From Octopus vulgaris (taxonomy: Eukaryota), in NCBI GenBank assembly GCA_951406725.2, contig OX597831.1:24676001-24740000 (forward strand): a stretch of DNA of 64,000 nt, written 5' to 3'. A model generated the notes under the pieces. It was not told where the DNA came from. It did not search any database and was given only the letters and a program-made list of their open reading frames with translations. Of the stretch, positions 28,531-42,163 are shown in pieces (the stretch's first letter is position 1; every line of letters begins with the position of its first letter). The position numbers and the translations under genes are program-made.

Positions 28531-29150
28531 TGTGTGTGATATTTAAAGCATGAAAAATATTGTTTCAGTTTTCTGTTGACACAGATTCTGGTGAATCATT
28601 TGATTTATATAGATCTACAAGTGCTCGAAGCTGAGTATATAATTATCTATATAGCTTGCAGTGTGCACTGACTGATTAGAGTTTTAAATGGAGCTGGTTT
28701 CACTTTTACTGTCTCCGACAACAACTGTGTGAAAACAACTCATGTTTTTAATCCTGGTATATCTCTGGCTATTTGGAATTAAAGTCTACTGCAACATTAG
28801 AAGAGAGTCAATCTTTATCTCCTCACACATGCATACACACTCTCACACGTACTCACACACACTCACTCTTTCTCTCTCTCTCTCTCTCTCTCTCATGCAC
28901 ACACACATTTGTGTATATGCGTATGTGTATAATGAGAAAGGAAAGGTAGTACTATTTGAAACCTCAAATCAGTAAATTTGATTTTGCACTTGCGGGATAA
29001 TAATATATGTAGACACACACACATACACACGCACTCACACACAACACATTTATTCACAAGCTTTTACTTACACATTCATATAAATATACATACATATATA
29101 TATATATAAATATACACCCACACATTTATTCACAAGCTTTTACATACACA

Positions 29151-29218
<68 letters not shown>

Positions 29219-29644
29219 GTATATATACTAATGTATAAAACATATAGTGTGTGTGTTTGAGTTTGTCAGGTTTAGATTAGAGACACTGTTTCATATGAAA
29301 TCATAGGATTATTTCCACATTTCTGTCAAATTTGACGAGAAATGATGCTTTCAGTTTCGTATTTCTTGAATGTAGAATCAACTCAATCAATAATTAATGT
29401 GAAACTAACGATCACAGTTCCAATTCCTGTGTGATGTTTGCTCTTCAGGATAGATAAAAAATACTAATCAATAATATACTTGGTTTGATCAGTACATCAA
29501 ACTATTCCTTTAAATGTTGACTTTATAGCTATTTTGTGGTGGTTCATGGCTCAGTGGTTTGGTTATTGGGCTCATGATTGCTAGGTCGTGGGTTCAATTC
29601 TCAGACCAGGCTGCACCTTGTCTCTTTAAGAAAAGTACCTCACA

Positions 29645-30060
29645 CGGTGGCGAGCTGGCAGAAACGTTAGCAATGCAGGCAAAATGCTTAGCAGTATTTC
29701 GTCTGCCGCTGTGTTCTGAGTTCAAATTCCTCCGAGGTCGACTTTGCCTTTCATCCTTTCGGGGTCGATTAAATAAGTACCAGTTATGCACTGTGGTCCA
29801 TATAATCGACTTAATCCCTTTGTCTGTCCTTGTTTGTCCCCTCTGTGTGTAGCCCCTTGTGAGCAGTAAAGAAATAAGAAACGTTAGCAATGCAGGAGAG
29901 AAAATGCTTAGCGATACTTCGTCTGTCTTCACGTTCTGAGTTCGAATTTCGCCAAGGTCAACTTTGCCTTTCATCCTTTCAGCATCGATAAATTAAGTAC
30001 CAGATCTAATCGACTGGCTCCCATCCCCAAAATTTTGGGCCTTGTGCCTAGAGTAGAAAA
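29645..30060 (+). mobile_element. SINE family B dimer, nested in a family-E SINE
   Basis: A full unit ending 'aaagaaata' is followed by a restart at 'agaaacgttagcaatgcagg'. The host family-E head (~29545) resumes at ~30063. Confidence 0.8.
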
Positions 30061-30467
30061 GAAAAGCACTTCATCATACATTGTCACTGTACACTGAACT
30101 GTAAACAAGTACCTGTGGTACCTGGAGAATACATTTTGCATTGGACTGGTGTCATGATCAGAGTAGGAGAATCTTATTATCTCTCAATCTGCATGTCTTG
30201 GAATTTAAGCTATTCTGTAGTCTTACGAGACAATCAACTTGAAGCAGGCTTCTGTAGTTTTCCAAAGAGTAAATATTTGTTCTTCACACTTATGCATTAT
30301 ATGGTCAGCTGATTAAAGATTTATGATTATACCTCAATGGGGTTAAGGAATGGGCTGAATTATATCAGTAGAGATGTGACAATTCATGAGAGCAAATAGG
30401 AAATGTGACATCATGCCATGCTTAGTTAATATATAAACCTTTATTTCTTCCTTTATCCTTTTAGCAT

Positions 30468-30696
30468 TTAACCCTTTAGCATTTAAACCGGCCATATCCG
30501 GCCAAAAGTATTCTGCCTGTTTTATGTTCAAACTGGCCAGATCTGGTCTCTCACACCAACCCTACAATATCGCTTTAAAAATTAACAGCTACCTCATCAG
30601 AATCTCATAACTACAAGATAATGCCTGATTAGTTCTAAACAGTGTGGATAAAAAAGGATTAACTTTGGCAGAATAATGCGAACACTAAAGGGTTAA
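30468..30696. mobile_element. piggyBac-like MITE with TTAA target duplication
   Basis: TTAA|CCCTTTAG ... CTAAAGGG|TTAA, followed by a second partial copy (30697-30858). Confidence 0.8.
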
Positions 30697-30866
30697 ATTG
30701 GCCACATCTGGCCCAAATATTCAACCTGTTTTACATTTAAATTGGCCAGAACCAGTTTCCTGCACCAACTCTATAATGCCATTCCAAAAATAAGTAATCT
30801 CATCATTGAAATTTCAAAGCTACAAGATAACGCATGATTAATTCAAAACAATGTGAATAGGTGCCG

Positions 30867-30932
30867 GAGTGGCTGTGTGGTAAGTAGCTTACCATGTGGT
30901 TCGTAAGCAAGCTACTTACCACACAGCCACTC
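30867..30932. other. SINE-A-derived hairpin: perfect 24-bp stem, 18-nt loop
   Basis: 30867-30890 'gagtggctgtgtggtaagtagctt' is the exact reverse complement of 30909-30932. Confidence 0.9.
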
Positions 30933-31373
30933 TTGCGCATGATCGTAACTTTGCCTGATTTGCGGTAACCTGGGGCTAAACAATACTATCCTCATATTAA
31001 ACCACTACAACTGAGATTTTCAAAGGAGTACTATGCTACGAAGGTACTCATTTCTATTAAAGTGGTGTTGCAATATCTGTCATATTAGTAGCGTAAATCA
31101 AGTTAATTGCCTGAATTTTCATAACCAGGTATATTCATCAATGAAGTAATTGGCACTATTGACTTGAGGTTATTGCAGTCACAATTTGGAACCATCCCTC
31201 CATGTCAATAAAGCATTTAAGAATTCATAGACGAGGAGAATAGGGAATTATTGTAAATGTTAAATCACTGACTGAATTATATCACAGTATTTATTTTAGA
31301 TTTTGTTCTTCTGAATTCCAATTTCAAATTTTACTGGGATTTCAATGGAGTCAGCTTCACATTACAACCATTT

Positions 31374-31794
31374 CCTTATTTCTTTATTGCCCACAAGGGG
31401 CTAAACATAGAGGGGACAAACAAGGACAGACAAAGGGATTAAGTCGATTACATCAACCCCAGTGTGTTACTGCTACTTAATTTATCGACCCCGAAAGGAT
31501 GAAAGGCAAAGTTGACCTTGGTGGAATTTGAACTCACAACGTAACGATAGGTGAAATACCTATTTCTTTACTACCCACAAGGGGCTAAACACAGAGAGGA
31601 CCAACAAGGACAGACAAACGAATTAAGTCAATTATATCGGCCCCCCCAGTGTGTAACTGGTACTTAATTTATTGACCCCGAAAGGATGAAAGGCAAAGTT
31701 GACCTTGGCGGAATTTGAACTCAGAATGTAACTGCAGACGAAATACTGCTAAGCATTTCGCCCGGTGTGCTAACGGTTCTGCCCGCTCGCCACC
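31374..31794 (-). mobile_element. SINE family B dimer
   Basis: Two consecutive '(t)atttcttta..(g/a)cccacaaggggctaaac...gaaaggatgaaaggcaaagttgacc' units; only one retains the head. Confidence 0.85.
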
Positions 31795-31851
31795 ACATTA
31801 TAACCATTTCCAGTAAGTGAAGTAAGTACCAGTTAATAAGCTGACATAGAT

Positions 31852-32207
31852 TCATCATCATCATCATTTAGCATCCGCTTTCCATGATGGCATGGGTTGA
31901 ACGGTTTGACATGAAGCTGGCCAGCCAGGGAGATGTCCAGACTCCAATTGTCTGTTTTAGCCATGGTTTCTATGGCTGGATGCCCTTCCTAATGCCAACC
32001 AGTTGTCAAGCAGTGATGGGGGACAAACAGACACACACATGCACACACACATCTAATGGACTTCTTTTAGTTTGTGTCTACCAAATTCACTCACAATGCT
32101 TTGGTCTACTCGAGGCTATAGTAACACTTACCCGAGGTGCCCTGTAACCGGACTGAACCAGGCACCATGTGGTTGGGAAGCAAACTTCTTAACCACACAG
32201 CCACGTC
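31852..32207 (-). mobile_element. Family C tail abutting a SINE-A 5' half
   Basis: (CAT)n tail and 'ggctggatgcccttcctaatgccaacc' (family C) run directly into family-A 'gttgtcaagcagtgatgggggacaaac...accacacagcc'. Confidence 0.7.
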
Positions 32208-33059
32208 TGCTGCACCAAGAGAAATAAATCATATTTACTTTCAATTACTTAGAAAGGTTATCTGTATTGCCATTTGCCGTTAACAGCCATGCAACCTGAG
32301 GCAAGAGGTGTTTAATGTAAATGGCACTAAGCTCACTGTGGTGGTGGTGGGGTGGGGAGTAGTGGTGGTGATAAAATGTGTACTATTCATTTTCTGGCCA
32401 ATCAGTTTGCAGCCTATAAAATTTGAATTTAAGATTATTCTAGAATCTGGAAAAACGAAAGTGAAACTGCTTGTAGTGGTGGTGGTGGTGGTGGGGATGA
32501 TGATAAAGAGACAGATGTATATATGTAGATATCCTTTATCTTTCACTTGTTTCACTCATTGGAATGCAGCCGTACTGTGGCACCACCTTGATAAAATGTT
32601 TTTCAAGCATATTGATTGCAGTGTTACCGGTGCTATGAGTCTGTTTTGCCAAACTGCTAAGTTACAGGGAAGTAAAGCCAACAACATAGGTTGTCAAGTG
32701 GTGGTGGGAGACAAACTCAAAGACACACACATGTACACACACAGGCACACACACCAGCACACGCACACACAAACACACCTGTGCACATGCACACACACAC
32801 ACACACACACACTGCATGCACACACATACACCAGTATGCATGCACACATACACCCACCTGTACACATGCACACTCACACACACACACACACACACATGCA
32901 CAAATTAAGTACCAGTTGAGTACTGGGGTTGATCTAATCAAATATCCCCCTCCCCCAAATTTCAGCCACCCGTTTGAGAAACACTGATTTAACCTAAATT
33001 TGAGACACCAGCAAAAGAAGAAATAAAGATAAACTTTTTTTCTATTCCAAAGAATGCTT

Positions 33060-33233
33060 TATCGATTGCATTCTCACCTGGAATCGATTTCTGTAATTTT
33101 TTCAAGACTTATACACGCCCTGATACCGTCAGTATCTACATATCAAATTTGAGCGCAATTGGATGGAGGATGCCCGAGATCCTAGAAGACACACACACAG
33201 ACAGACAGACAGAACAGATTTTATATAATAGAT
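33060..33233. mobile_element. Helitron/HINE-like terminal fragment
   Basis: 'tcaaatttgagcgcaattggatg...(acag)n...gattttatataataagat' end pattern. Confidence 0.5.
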
Positions 33234-33804
33234 ATGTATATATGTATGCTTGTATGAGTATTTATGTGTTTGTCTTTACATCTCAGTTGAAAAACGAAGT
33301 TTAATAAACATATTTATTTATGCATTAAAAGATATACGGTGTCATGCATATGGGATGTACATATATATTTCTGATGCATGGAAATGAGATGTTTATTTGA
33401 ATTTCATGCATTCACATCCATATAAATAACATAACGAGGGGTTAAATAAATAATATTGAAAATGTCCTATTTTGCAATTGATTTCTTCTTTTTTTTTTTT
33501 TTTTTGAAAAAAAAGAAAAATTAAATGACATGTGAACACTAATTTGACTTAACTATTTTATATGTTTTGGAAATATTTTTCCTACTAAGTTATTATCATT
33601 ATGGTTGATACCTATAAAAGAAGAAGAGGAATTACTGCTATAACAAAAGTGAATAACAAAAATAAATACCTTGGCTACAAGTTGTTTCTATCTCTGTGTT
33701 TTGCTTTTTTTCCCTAACTATTGAGGTATTGATTTTAAATGCATTTAAAATAGATCAATTTAGATAGATCTAGTTATTTGTTTATTTACTCGTGCGTGAT
33801 AGTG

Positions 33805-34078
33805 AGAGTATATGTGAACATATATACATACTTATATATATATATATATATATGTATATGTGTGTGTGTATATATATGTATGCATGTATGCATGTATATG
33901 TGTATATATATATATGTATGTATGCATGTATATGTGTATATATATATGTATGCGTGTATATGTGTATATATATATATATGCATGTATGTGTGTGTATATA
34001 TATATTTATGTATGCATGTATATGTGTGTATATATATATATATGCATGTATATGTGTGTATATATATATATGCATGTA

Positions 34079-34109
<31 letters not shown>

Positions 34110-34345
34110 GTATCTATGCATATGTTCATGTATATATATATGTATCTATGCATATGTGTATGTATATATATGTGTGTGTATATATATATATATATATATT
34201 GTTATATTTCAGAATGGTCATATTGCCAGTTTAGCCAATAAAAACACACACACTATATATTTGTGTATATATGTATGTCTATGTTTATGTCTGTATACAT
34301 ATGTGTATGTATGTATGTATAGATATGTGTATATATATATCTTTG
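33805..34345. repeat. Compound (TA)/(TG)/(TGCA) microsatellite
   Basis: Direct inspection. Confidence 0.9.
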
Positions 34346-34946
34346 TATAAATGTTTACATGGCTCATGGGAACCCTGGTTTAATCCTGCTGAATGGCATC
34401 ATGTTTAAATGCCTTTTAAAACAGCCTCAAATCAACTCCAGTTAGGGAAATTGGATGGATGTAAAGTGTGCTGAAGTCCCGTCAGATGGAGAATAAAGGG
34501 GACGAAAAGGTAGAGGTGGGAAGAAAAAATGGAGTGGGGTGGGGAGAACTGGTAAAAACAGAAGAATTATATAGTTCTCCATTTGGGCACAAATGCAGAC
34601 AGTAGTGATAAAAATGAAGTTAATGATTTTATAGCGTAAGAAATAAAACATTTGAAGAGTAGAATATTATAGTTTTTATTATCATAATATGTTACAGATG
34701 AAGAGACACACATGAAAATATAATAGAAATGAAACTATACTCCAAATGATGCAAGCATAACTAGACAGTTGTTAAAGTGTTTGTGGGTTTCTCTTGTAAA
34801 TTTCCTTCTCTTGTGAGATAAGAGAGTAACCTTCTTTATTCCTAGCCATTTCTATCACCCTCTTTTACCTGTGCTGCTCTTTGTTTACAGCTAGTCCTAT
34901 TACTATCCCATAATGCCACTCATACTGTTTTCCTATTCAGTCTGCT

Positions 34947-35290
34947 TAACAATAGAGGGACTCCCTTTGGTCATGAATGACCATGGGATCGCACCTAGAA
35001 AGTTCCCCTCCAAGGCGCAAGTCAGGGCAAGGTTGTTTATGGAAGAACAGCAGTTGCCCATATATACCAGCCTCCCTTCTTCATGCCACCAATGTTGTCC
35101 AAGATAAAGGCAAAGGCTGATACAGCTTGGCACCAGTGACATTGCAACTCGTTTCTATAACTGAGTGAACTGGAGCTATGTCAAATAAAGTGTCTTGCTC
35201 AAGAACACAACACAGAGTCTGGACTGTGAATTGAACTCACTTCCTCATGATTGTGAGCCCAACACGCTAAACACCAAGCTATGCACTTTA
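34947..35290 (-). mobile_element. Family-E-headed SINE with a different 3' tail
   Basis: Head and CORE-like 'ttgtgttcttgagcaagacactttat' on the minus strand. The distal part differs from 35726-35978. Confidence 0.7.
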
Positions 35291-35725
35291 ACCAACATGT
35301 AATTATCACCGTTTCTCTGCTATTACTCTTGCCTTACCCATCCTCTCTTCTCTCTCTTACATTCTCTGGTCTCCTGTCTCTTCTCTCTTTCTCTTCTGTT
35401 CTGTCACTGTTATGGTTGGTTTAAATAAACAAAGATAATGTCAAGTAAAGAGAATACTTCTGTTCCGCAGAAGACAAAGCAATCTGTTTAGCATTGGTGC
35501 CATGATAAAATGCACCAAGAAAACTTTTTTAAACTGGTTGCTTTTAGGAAGAGCATTTGGACATAGATGCCAGAGAACATAAAACATTGCTCACAGCATC
35601 TCTATCTCATTATTGATTCATTAAAGCTGTCTAAGTTCCACTTGCTGCTTCTCAGAAAGCTTTTCATGATACCAGGCAATAAACAAGCCTCTTCTAAATT
35701 GTCCAATCTGACAGACATAAATAAA

Positions 35726-35978
35726 ATAAAGTAGCCCTTTTAAAGCCTAGCCAGGCTCGTGGGTCCGGTTTCCCAGTTTCAGTGGTGTATGTGTTTCCCA
35801 GCTGGACGGGATGCCAGTCCATCGCAACGTTACTCATTTTTGCCAGCTGAGTGGACTGGATCAACGTGAAATGAAGTGTTTTGCTCAAGAACACAACGCA
35901 TCGCCTGGTCCAGGAATCGAAACCACAATCTTATGATCATGATGCTGACACCCTAACCTTTAAGCCACGTGCCTCCAC
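35726..35978 (-). mobile_element. SINE family E (tRNA head, CORE-like block, V-domain-like segment)
   Basis: Minus strand: 'gtggcttaaaggttaggg...ggtttcgattcc...ttgtgttcttgagcaaaacacttcat...gcgatggactggcatcccgtccag'. Confidence 0.8.
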
Positions 35979-37066
35979 ATCTGATAGGCATAGCAGCCAA
36001 ATATTCTTCAGGTCACATTCTACTCTCTTTAAAAAAGGAAGAGGTACAATAGGTAATGGGATTTTGGTTATAAAAAAAAGATCAGACAGTCAAAGGAAGA
36101 ACATTTTTGAGCACCAATCTGCTCATAAAGAATTGATGTGGAACTAACAACAACAAACTAAATGGTTCCTGTGTTGAGATGTAGAGGATGCAGAGATCTA
36201 GATAATCTTGTTCTCCTGATTAAAAGCACTAATGAAGAGGAAAATTATAACAAGGCATAAACCACAACAACAACAATATGTATTTGTCAAACCTTCTGAA
36301 TTGAAAGCTAAAATCAGACTCAGTGAGATTTGAACTTCATTTGTAGAGACATGAATGTGAATAATGAAAAGAAAAGTTTGTTGAGAGTTCCACCACTCCA
36401 ACATTATTTCTGAAGTGATTATCAATTCAACTATTTTATTTTTTGTTGTATTTGTAGTGTAGTGTTTTTTTTTTATATTCTTTCTTACATTTTTTTTTAT
36501 GACTGTCACATCCATACTGTCATATAAATAAGAAAGATTTGGCTGATGTCTTTCTGTCTTATCTTATGGAGAGATAGCATGTCATTTTTATAAAAAAAAC
36601 TATTTTTATAATCATCTCTCCTCAACTCCTTCATGAATAGAGTGAGGAAGAGAGAAAAATTGGAGGGGGAATACTAAAGTATGACATTTGACAACCTTGT
36701 CACAGCTTGTACCCGCTAGCAACAAATCAACCAACAAGATAAATTACCAACCAACCAACCGACCAATCACTGGGGAAGGGTGAGAGGAGTTACACGATTA
36801 AGTATTTTGCACAATAATAAAACAACAATAACTACAGAAAATGTAGATTGTTTTGTATTCAGTTTTGCTCATAAATTCGTTAAACAATTGCATAATGTGC
36901 AGCATAAAATGCAGCGAATGATTTCTCTGTTGGAGAGTTAAACCACTTATCAACTTAGGGGCTATATTGACATTTCTTTCATTTAAGCCATAAAAACACA
37001 CACACACATTTCTTTGTTAAGGCTAACGCCTTTCACTCACTTGTAATATACTTTAATGCTCTAGCT

Positions 37067-37257
37067 CAGTACTCTGCAACTGGTATACTGCGACACACTG
37101 GTGTGCCGCGAGATGATGCTAGGTGTGTCGCAGTGTAACCTGAATGTAATTTTTTTTCCCCCCTATACATTTAGTTATATTTTAGTTCAGGTGTGCCGCC
37201 GAATCTTGAAAAGAATATAAGTTTCCCCTCAGCTGAGGAAAAGGTTACGGGGCACTG
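37067..37257. mobile_element. hAT-like MITE
   Basis: CAGT...CACTG termini, internal GTGTGCCGC repeats and 8-bp flanks ctctagct / ctgtggct (6/8 match). Confidence 0.65.
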
Positions 37258-37268
37258 CTGTGGCTAGT

Positions 37269-37672
37269 TATTCTTTACTCTTTTACTTGTTTCAGTCATT
37301 TGACTGTGGCCATGCTGGAGCATCGCCTTTAATTGAGCAAATCGACCCCAGGAATTATTTTTTGTAAGCCTAGTACTTATTCTATCGGTGTCTTTTGCCA
37401 AATCGCTAAGTTATGAGGACGTAAACACACCAGCATCGATTGTCAAGCGATGTTGGGGGGACAAACACAAACACATAAACATATACACACATACATATAT
37501 ACATATATACGACGGGCTTCTTTCAGTTTCCGTCAACCAAATCCACTCACAAGGCTTTGGTCAGCCCGAGGCTATAGTAGAACACACTTGCCCAGGGTGA
37601 CACGCAGTGGGAATGAACCCAGGACCATGTGGTTGGTAAGCAAGCTACTTACCACACAGTCACTCCTGCGCC
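37269..37672 (-). mobile_element. SINE family A, full length
   Basis: Family-A consensus, reverse strand. Confidence 0.9.
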
Positions 37673-38378
37673 TAAAGGACAAAAAGGAAAAAAATCAAAC
37701 TTATGAACAAAAAAAAATAAGTGGTGTGGCAGGATGGGGGTGGGGAATGCTTTCTAGTGTGAAGACACACTCTATGAAATTGCTTGCCTGGCTAGAAATA
37801 GCAGGCAACTTTCAGTTCTTTCTCAAATTACCTTTCAATCTTTAAAATGGAAAGACATGTGGGATAATACTTTCTATAACTATAGATATGGGATGGTCAC
37901 AGCTGGAAGGCTTTAGATCATAGGTCTGTTCATTAAATTTTTAAGGCTGGGTATAAAGAACAAGCATTTCTGTGCTGGATGCAAAAAAAAAAGGCAAAAA
38001 TACAATATGATAATCTATCAAATAGCTTATAATGCAAATGTGGCTTATATACCACACCCATCTTCTTCGCAATTTAGCAGAGTGTCAATAAACCACACCC
38101 CCTCCTCTGCGGAAGAAAGCATGTTGTGTCAATAAGCCACACCCGACCTTAAAGGGTTAAGAATTAGAAGACATAGTTATAAGTAATTCTTCCTGAAAGG
38201 TCTGAAAGAAATGAGAGGTTTTATAAATGTTATCTCTTTACATTGGAAGACCTAGTCTAGGGCTTCATGCTTGTTTCCATTACTATTTCATTACCCGGTT
38301 CATGCTATAATCATAATTAATGATTACATAGTCTGTAGTGATGTATAGTGATTTTATCTCACAGTACAGTAGTAGTAG

Positions 38379-38801
38379 TACTCTTTTACTCTTTTACTTG
38401 TTTCATTCATTTGACTGTGGCCATACTGGAGCACTGCCTTTAGTCGAGCAAATCAATCCCAGGACTTATTCTTTGTAAGCCTAGTACTTATTCTATTGGT
38501 CTCTTTTGCCAAACCACTAAGTTATGGAGATGTAAACACGACAGCATCAGTTGTCAAGCGATGTTGGGGGACAAGCACAGACACACAAACACATACACAC
38601 ACTCACACACACACACACACATACACATATATATATACATATATAAGACGGGCTTCTTTCAGTTTCCATCTACCAAATCCACTCACAAGGCTTTGGTCGG
38701 CCCGAGGCTATAGTAGAAGACACTTGTCCAACGTGCCAAGCAGTGGGTCTGAACCATGTGGTTTGTAAGCAAAGTACTTACCACACAGCCACTCCTATGC
38801 C
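38379..38801 (-). mobile_element. SINE family A, full length
   Basis: Family-A consensus, with gtagtagta on both sides. Confidence 0.9.
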
Positions 38802-38912
38802 TATGTAGTAGTAAACAAACTAAAAATCAAGGGATCAGGGATGTTGTGGGAGTCAGTCAAAAGGACTGTAAGTTATCTGTCTTTGGGTGATAGACTTAAT
38901 TTGTTGTTCAGT

Positions 38913-39141
38913 TTAACCCTTTTGAGTTCACATCACTCTGTCAAATGTAACCCTTATTTATTCACATTGTTTTGAATTTGCCATGCGTTATCTTGTAGCT
39001 TTGGGATTTTGATGAGGTAACTATTTATTTTTAGAATGACATTGTAGGGTTAGTGTGAGCGGTCAGATCCGGCTGATTTGAATATAAAACAGGTAGAATA
39101 TTTTGGCCCTGATATGGCCAGTTTAAATGCTAAAGGGTTAA
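38913..39141. mobile_element. piggyBac-like MITE (same family as 30468, inverted)
   Basis: TTAA|CCCTTT ... AAAGGG|TTAA. The interior is reverse-complementary to 30468-30696. Confidence 0.8.
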
Positions 39142-39528
39142 TATTAGCATTTTGTCTTTGTGAGCCTTTAACGGAAGCTATTCTCTAACAAACCTTACTC
39201 AAGTCTGAAAATAACAGCACTTCAGACTAGTTGGAGGTAATCCAAGGGATGTTGTGGCTCCTACATTTTGTAGGTAATGCAGCCAACCAATTCAAAATAT
39301 CATGATATTTATTTGTTGTCGATTGTAGTGAGATATTTAGTACCATCTTTAATCATTTCAGCAATCTATGATACCTCCAGCCACTTCTAGAATAATTATA
39401 ATAAACTATAGCACCTGATATCTTGATAGAAAATTTATTGTCCTTGCACGAGACATGAAATAATGTATGAATGCCAGGAGAATGAATAAAGAGTAAATAT
39501 TGGATTTATACTTATCACTGTCCACCAC

Positions 39529-39747
39529 ACAGAGGTTATTTTGCTACTGTAATTAATACAGGAATTTAAAATCCACAACAGAGTGGGTGGGTTGGCCAGG
39601 TTTGTGATCTGATAGCTTCACTTCAGACTTATAAAATACAGAGGTTATTTTGTTACTGTAATTAATACAGGAATTTAAAATCCACAACAGAGTGGGTGGC
39701 TTGGCCAAGTTTGAGATCTGATAGCTTCACTTCAGACTTATAAAATA
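39529..39747. repeat. 109-bp tandem duplication
   Basis: 'acagaggttattttg(c/t)tactgtaattaatacagg...cttcagacttataaaat' x2 with few mismatches. Confidence 0.9.
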
Positions 39748-40518
39748 TTGGTTTTAAAAGATTAGCAAATTGATTAATATTTCATTGGATAGAAGGCTAT
39801 TTTGTTCTCAGTTGGCTTATAGCTCATAAACTAACATCAGCTTATGACAGGTAACTTGCCGCATAATCCCATGTCAAAGGAAAGGTAAAGTTGACTGGTA
39901 GATGTAAATTGGCAGCAAACTGACAAAGTTGTTACAGCATTAAATGAAATGAAATCCATTAATTTGAATCCAGGTTTGTCCCCGTCAGCTGGGGTGGCTG
40001 GATCTACCTCACTCTTACAACAACCACTCTCACACCATCTCGCCATATCACCCAGTTTTGGGTGTCCTCTCTCCTCAAGTCAACCACCCCCAATCTCCTC
40101 CTCCACCTGTCCCCTCTATCTTTTCTTTGCTCGACTTCACTTTCGTGGTTCATTCACTTCACAATATTCATTCTGGTTATTCATATTCTGAGTTCAAATT
40201 GCACTTAGGTCATATTTCCTACTTGTCTTTCTGGGGTCAATCAATAAAGCACCAGTTGGGAGCAGAGGACTGACAGAATCAGAGTAGCATACGTGATACC
40301 TCATGCTATTTGTTATGGCTCCTTGTATTCTGAGCTCAAATCCAACTGTGGCTAACTTAGGTGGTAGACTTAATGTAACACCTTGTTTAACACCACACCA
40401 CTTCCTGTTTCTTGGGTGCCTTTAGTGGAGTCTACAGGTCCCCAGTATATAGATATAATCCTCTCACCATAAAGGGACACCAGCGCTGTACTTCTTTTGT
40501 TTAAACAGTAAATATATA

Positions 40519-40899
40519 GGTGCAAGAATGACTGCGTGCTAAGAAGCTTGCTTCCCAACCACATGGTTCCAGGTTCAGTCCCACTGCATTGCACCTTGGG
40601 CAAGTGTCTTCTACTATAGCCTTGGGCTGACAAGAGCCTTGTGAGTGGATTTGGTAGACAGAATCTGAAAATAGCCCATTGTATATATGTGTGTGTTTGT
40701 CCCCCACCACTGCATAATAACTAGTGTTGATGTGTTTATAGCTGTGTAACTTAGCAGCTCAGCAAAAGAGACTGATAGAATAAGGTTAATTTTTTTTTTT
40801 TAAGTACTGAGGTTGATTCATTCAACTAAAATTCTTCAATGCGGTGCCCCAGCTTGGGCTGCAGTCTGATGGCTCAAAGAAGTAAAAGTATAAAGAATA
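40519..40899 (+). mobile_element. SINE family A, diverged full length
   Basis: Family-A consensus. Confidence 0.85.
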
Positions 40900-41109
40900 T
40901 GTATTTATATACACAAAATTAAATGTTGTTACTTAGTCTTTTTCTTTTTTTTTTACTTGTTTCAGTCACTTGACAGCCATGCTGGAGTACCACCTTTAGT
41001 CAAACAAATTGACCCCCAGGACTTATTCGTTGTAAGCCTAATCAATCTCTTTTGCCGAACCACTAAGTTACAGGGATGTGGATGATTTCAAAAAAATTCC
41101 CTGTTTTAG

Positions 41110-41174
41110 AAAGGACTAACTTAACACCCAAGGAACGATTAAGGGCAATAGATAAAATCAATTATCTTCAACAG
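41110..41174 (+). CDS. Candidate 65-nt coding exon (…RTNLTPKERLRAIDKINYLQQ)
   Basis: Acceptor 'ttccctgttttag', donor 'CAG|gtatat' and an open frame. The phase-0 end is compatible with 61910. No family recognised. Confidence 0.25.
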
Positions 41175-41830
41175 GTATATTTATAAATGATAGGTGGGCT
41201 TCCCAAAGTTGTACAAATGGCAGAACAAAAACTGGGTACCGAGAAAAAGTACATGAAACAGTGATACGGTGTTAATATAGTGTTCCCACTGCTTACATCA
41301 GTGAACCTTATCCAACCACTAATGGCTACTATTTGCAACGGAGTGTTCTAGGTCAGTGAAACTTCTAATGTTTTGGCTATAATGACTATGCTGTGACCAT
41401 ACCATCAAACAATTGCCTGATAGACAGACACCTTATCAAACCAGACATCCGTGACGCTGTTATAGCAATAAATACATCAGAAACAAATTTTATATTGTAC
41501 TGCAGACTTTGAAGTTTATAGTTTATTAAATGACGATATAGTTGTAATATATTTTGATATGAATATGTTTGATATATTTTAATAGTTTCATATATTTATC
41601 GAGTTTCTTCCGTATGCGTCTGTGTGTATGTATGGTTTCTGTGTGAGATTATGTGTGTTTTTATTTAAATTTCCAATATTATAAGCTTTAATAAACAGAT
41701 TTATCTTCATGTCAAAGTGTTTAAAAATATGTTTTGGCTTCAGTTATATTTTTTTTATTTTTTTCCCAGAAATATTTTTTGAAAACTTCACATATTATAT
41801 TTTAAGTATTGTACCTGTTAAAGTATTAAG

Positions 41831-42163
<333 letters not shown>

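Noticed and set aside
33487-33520. Adjacent poly-T/poly-A runs as a terminator or hairpin
   Set aside because: Such runs are common here (also 10110-10212). This also weakens the case that the T/A run at 63594-63627 is special.
38040-38160. Three CCACACCC (KLF/Sp-like) boxes
   Set aside because: They lie just inside an AAAGGG|TTAA terminus and are most likely subterminal repeats of a piggyBac-like element.
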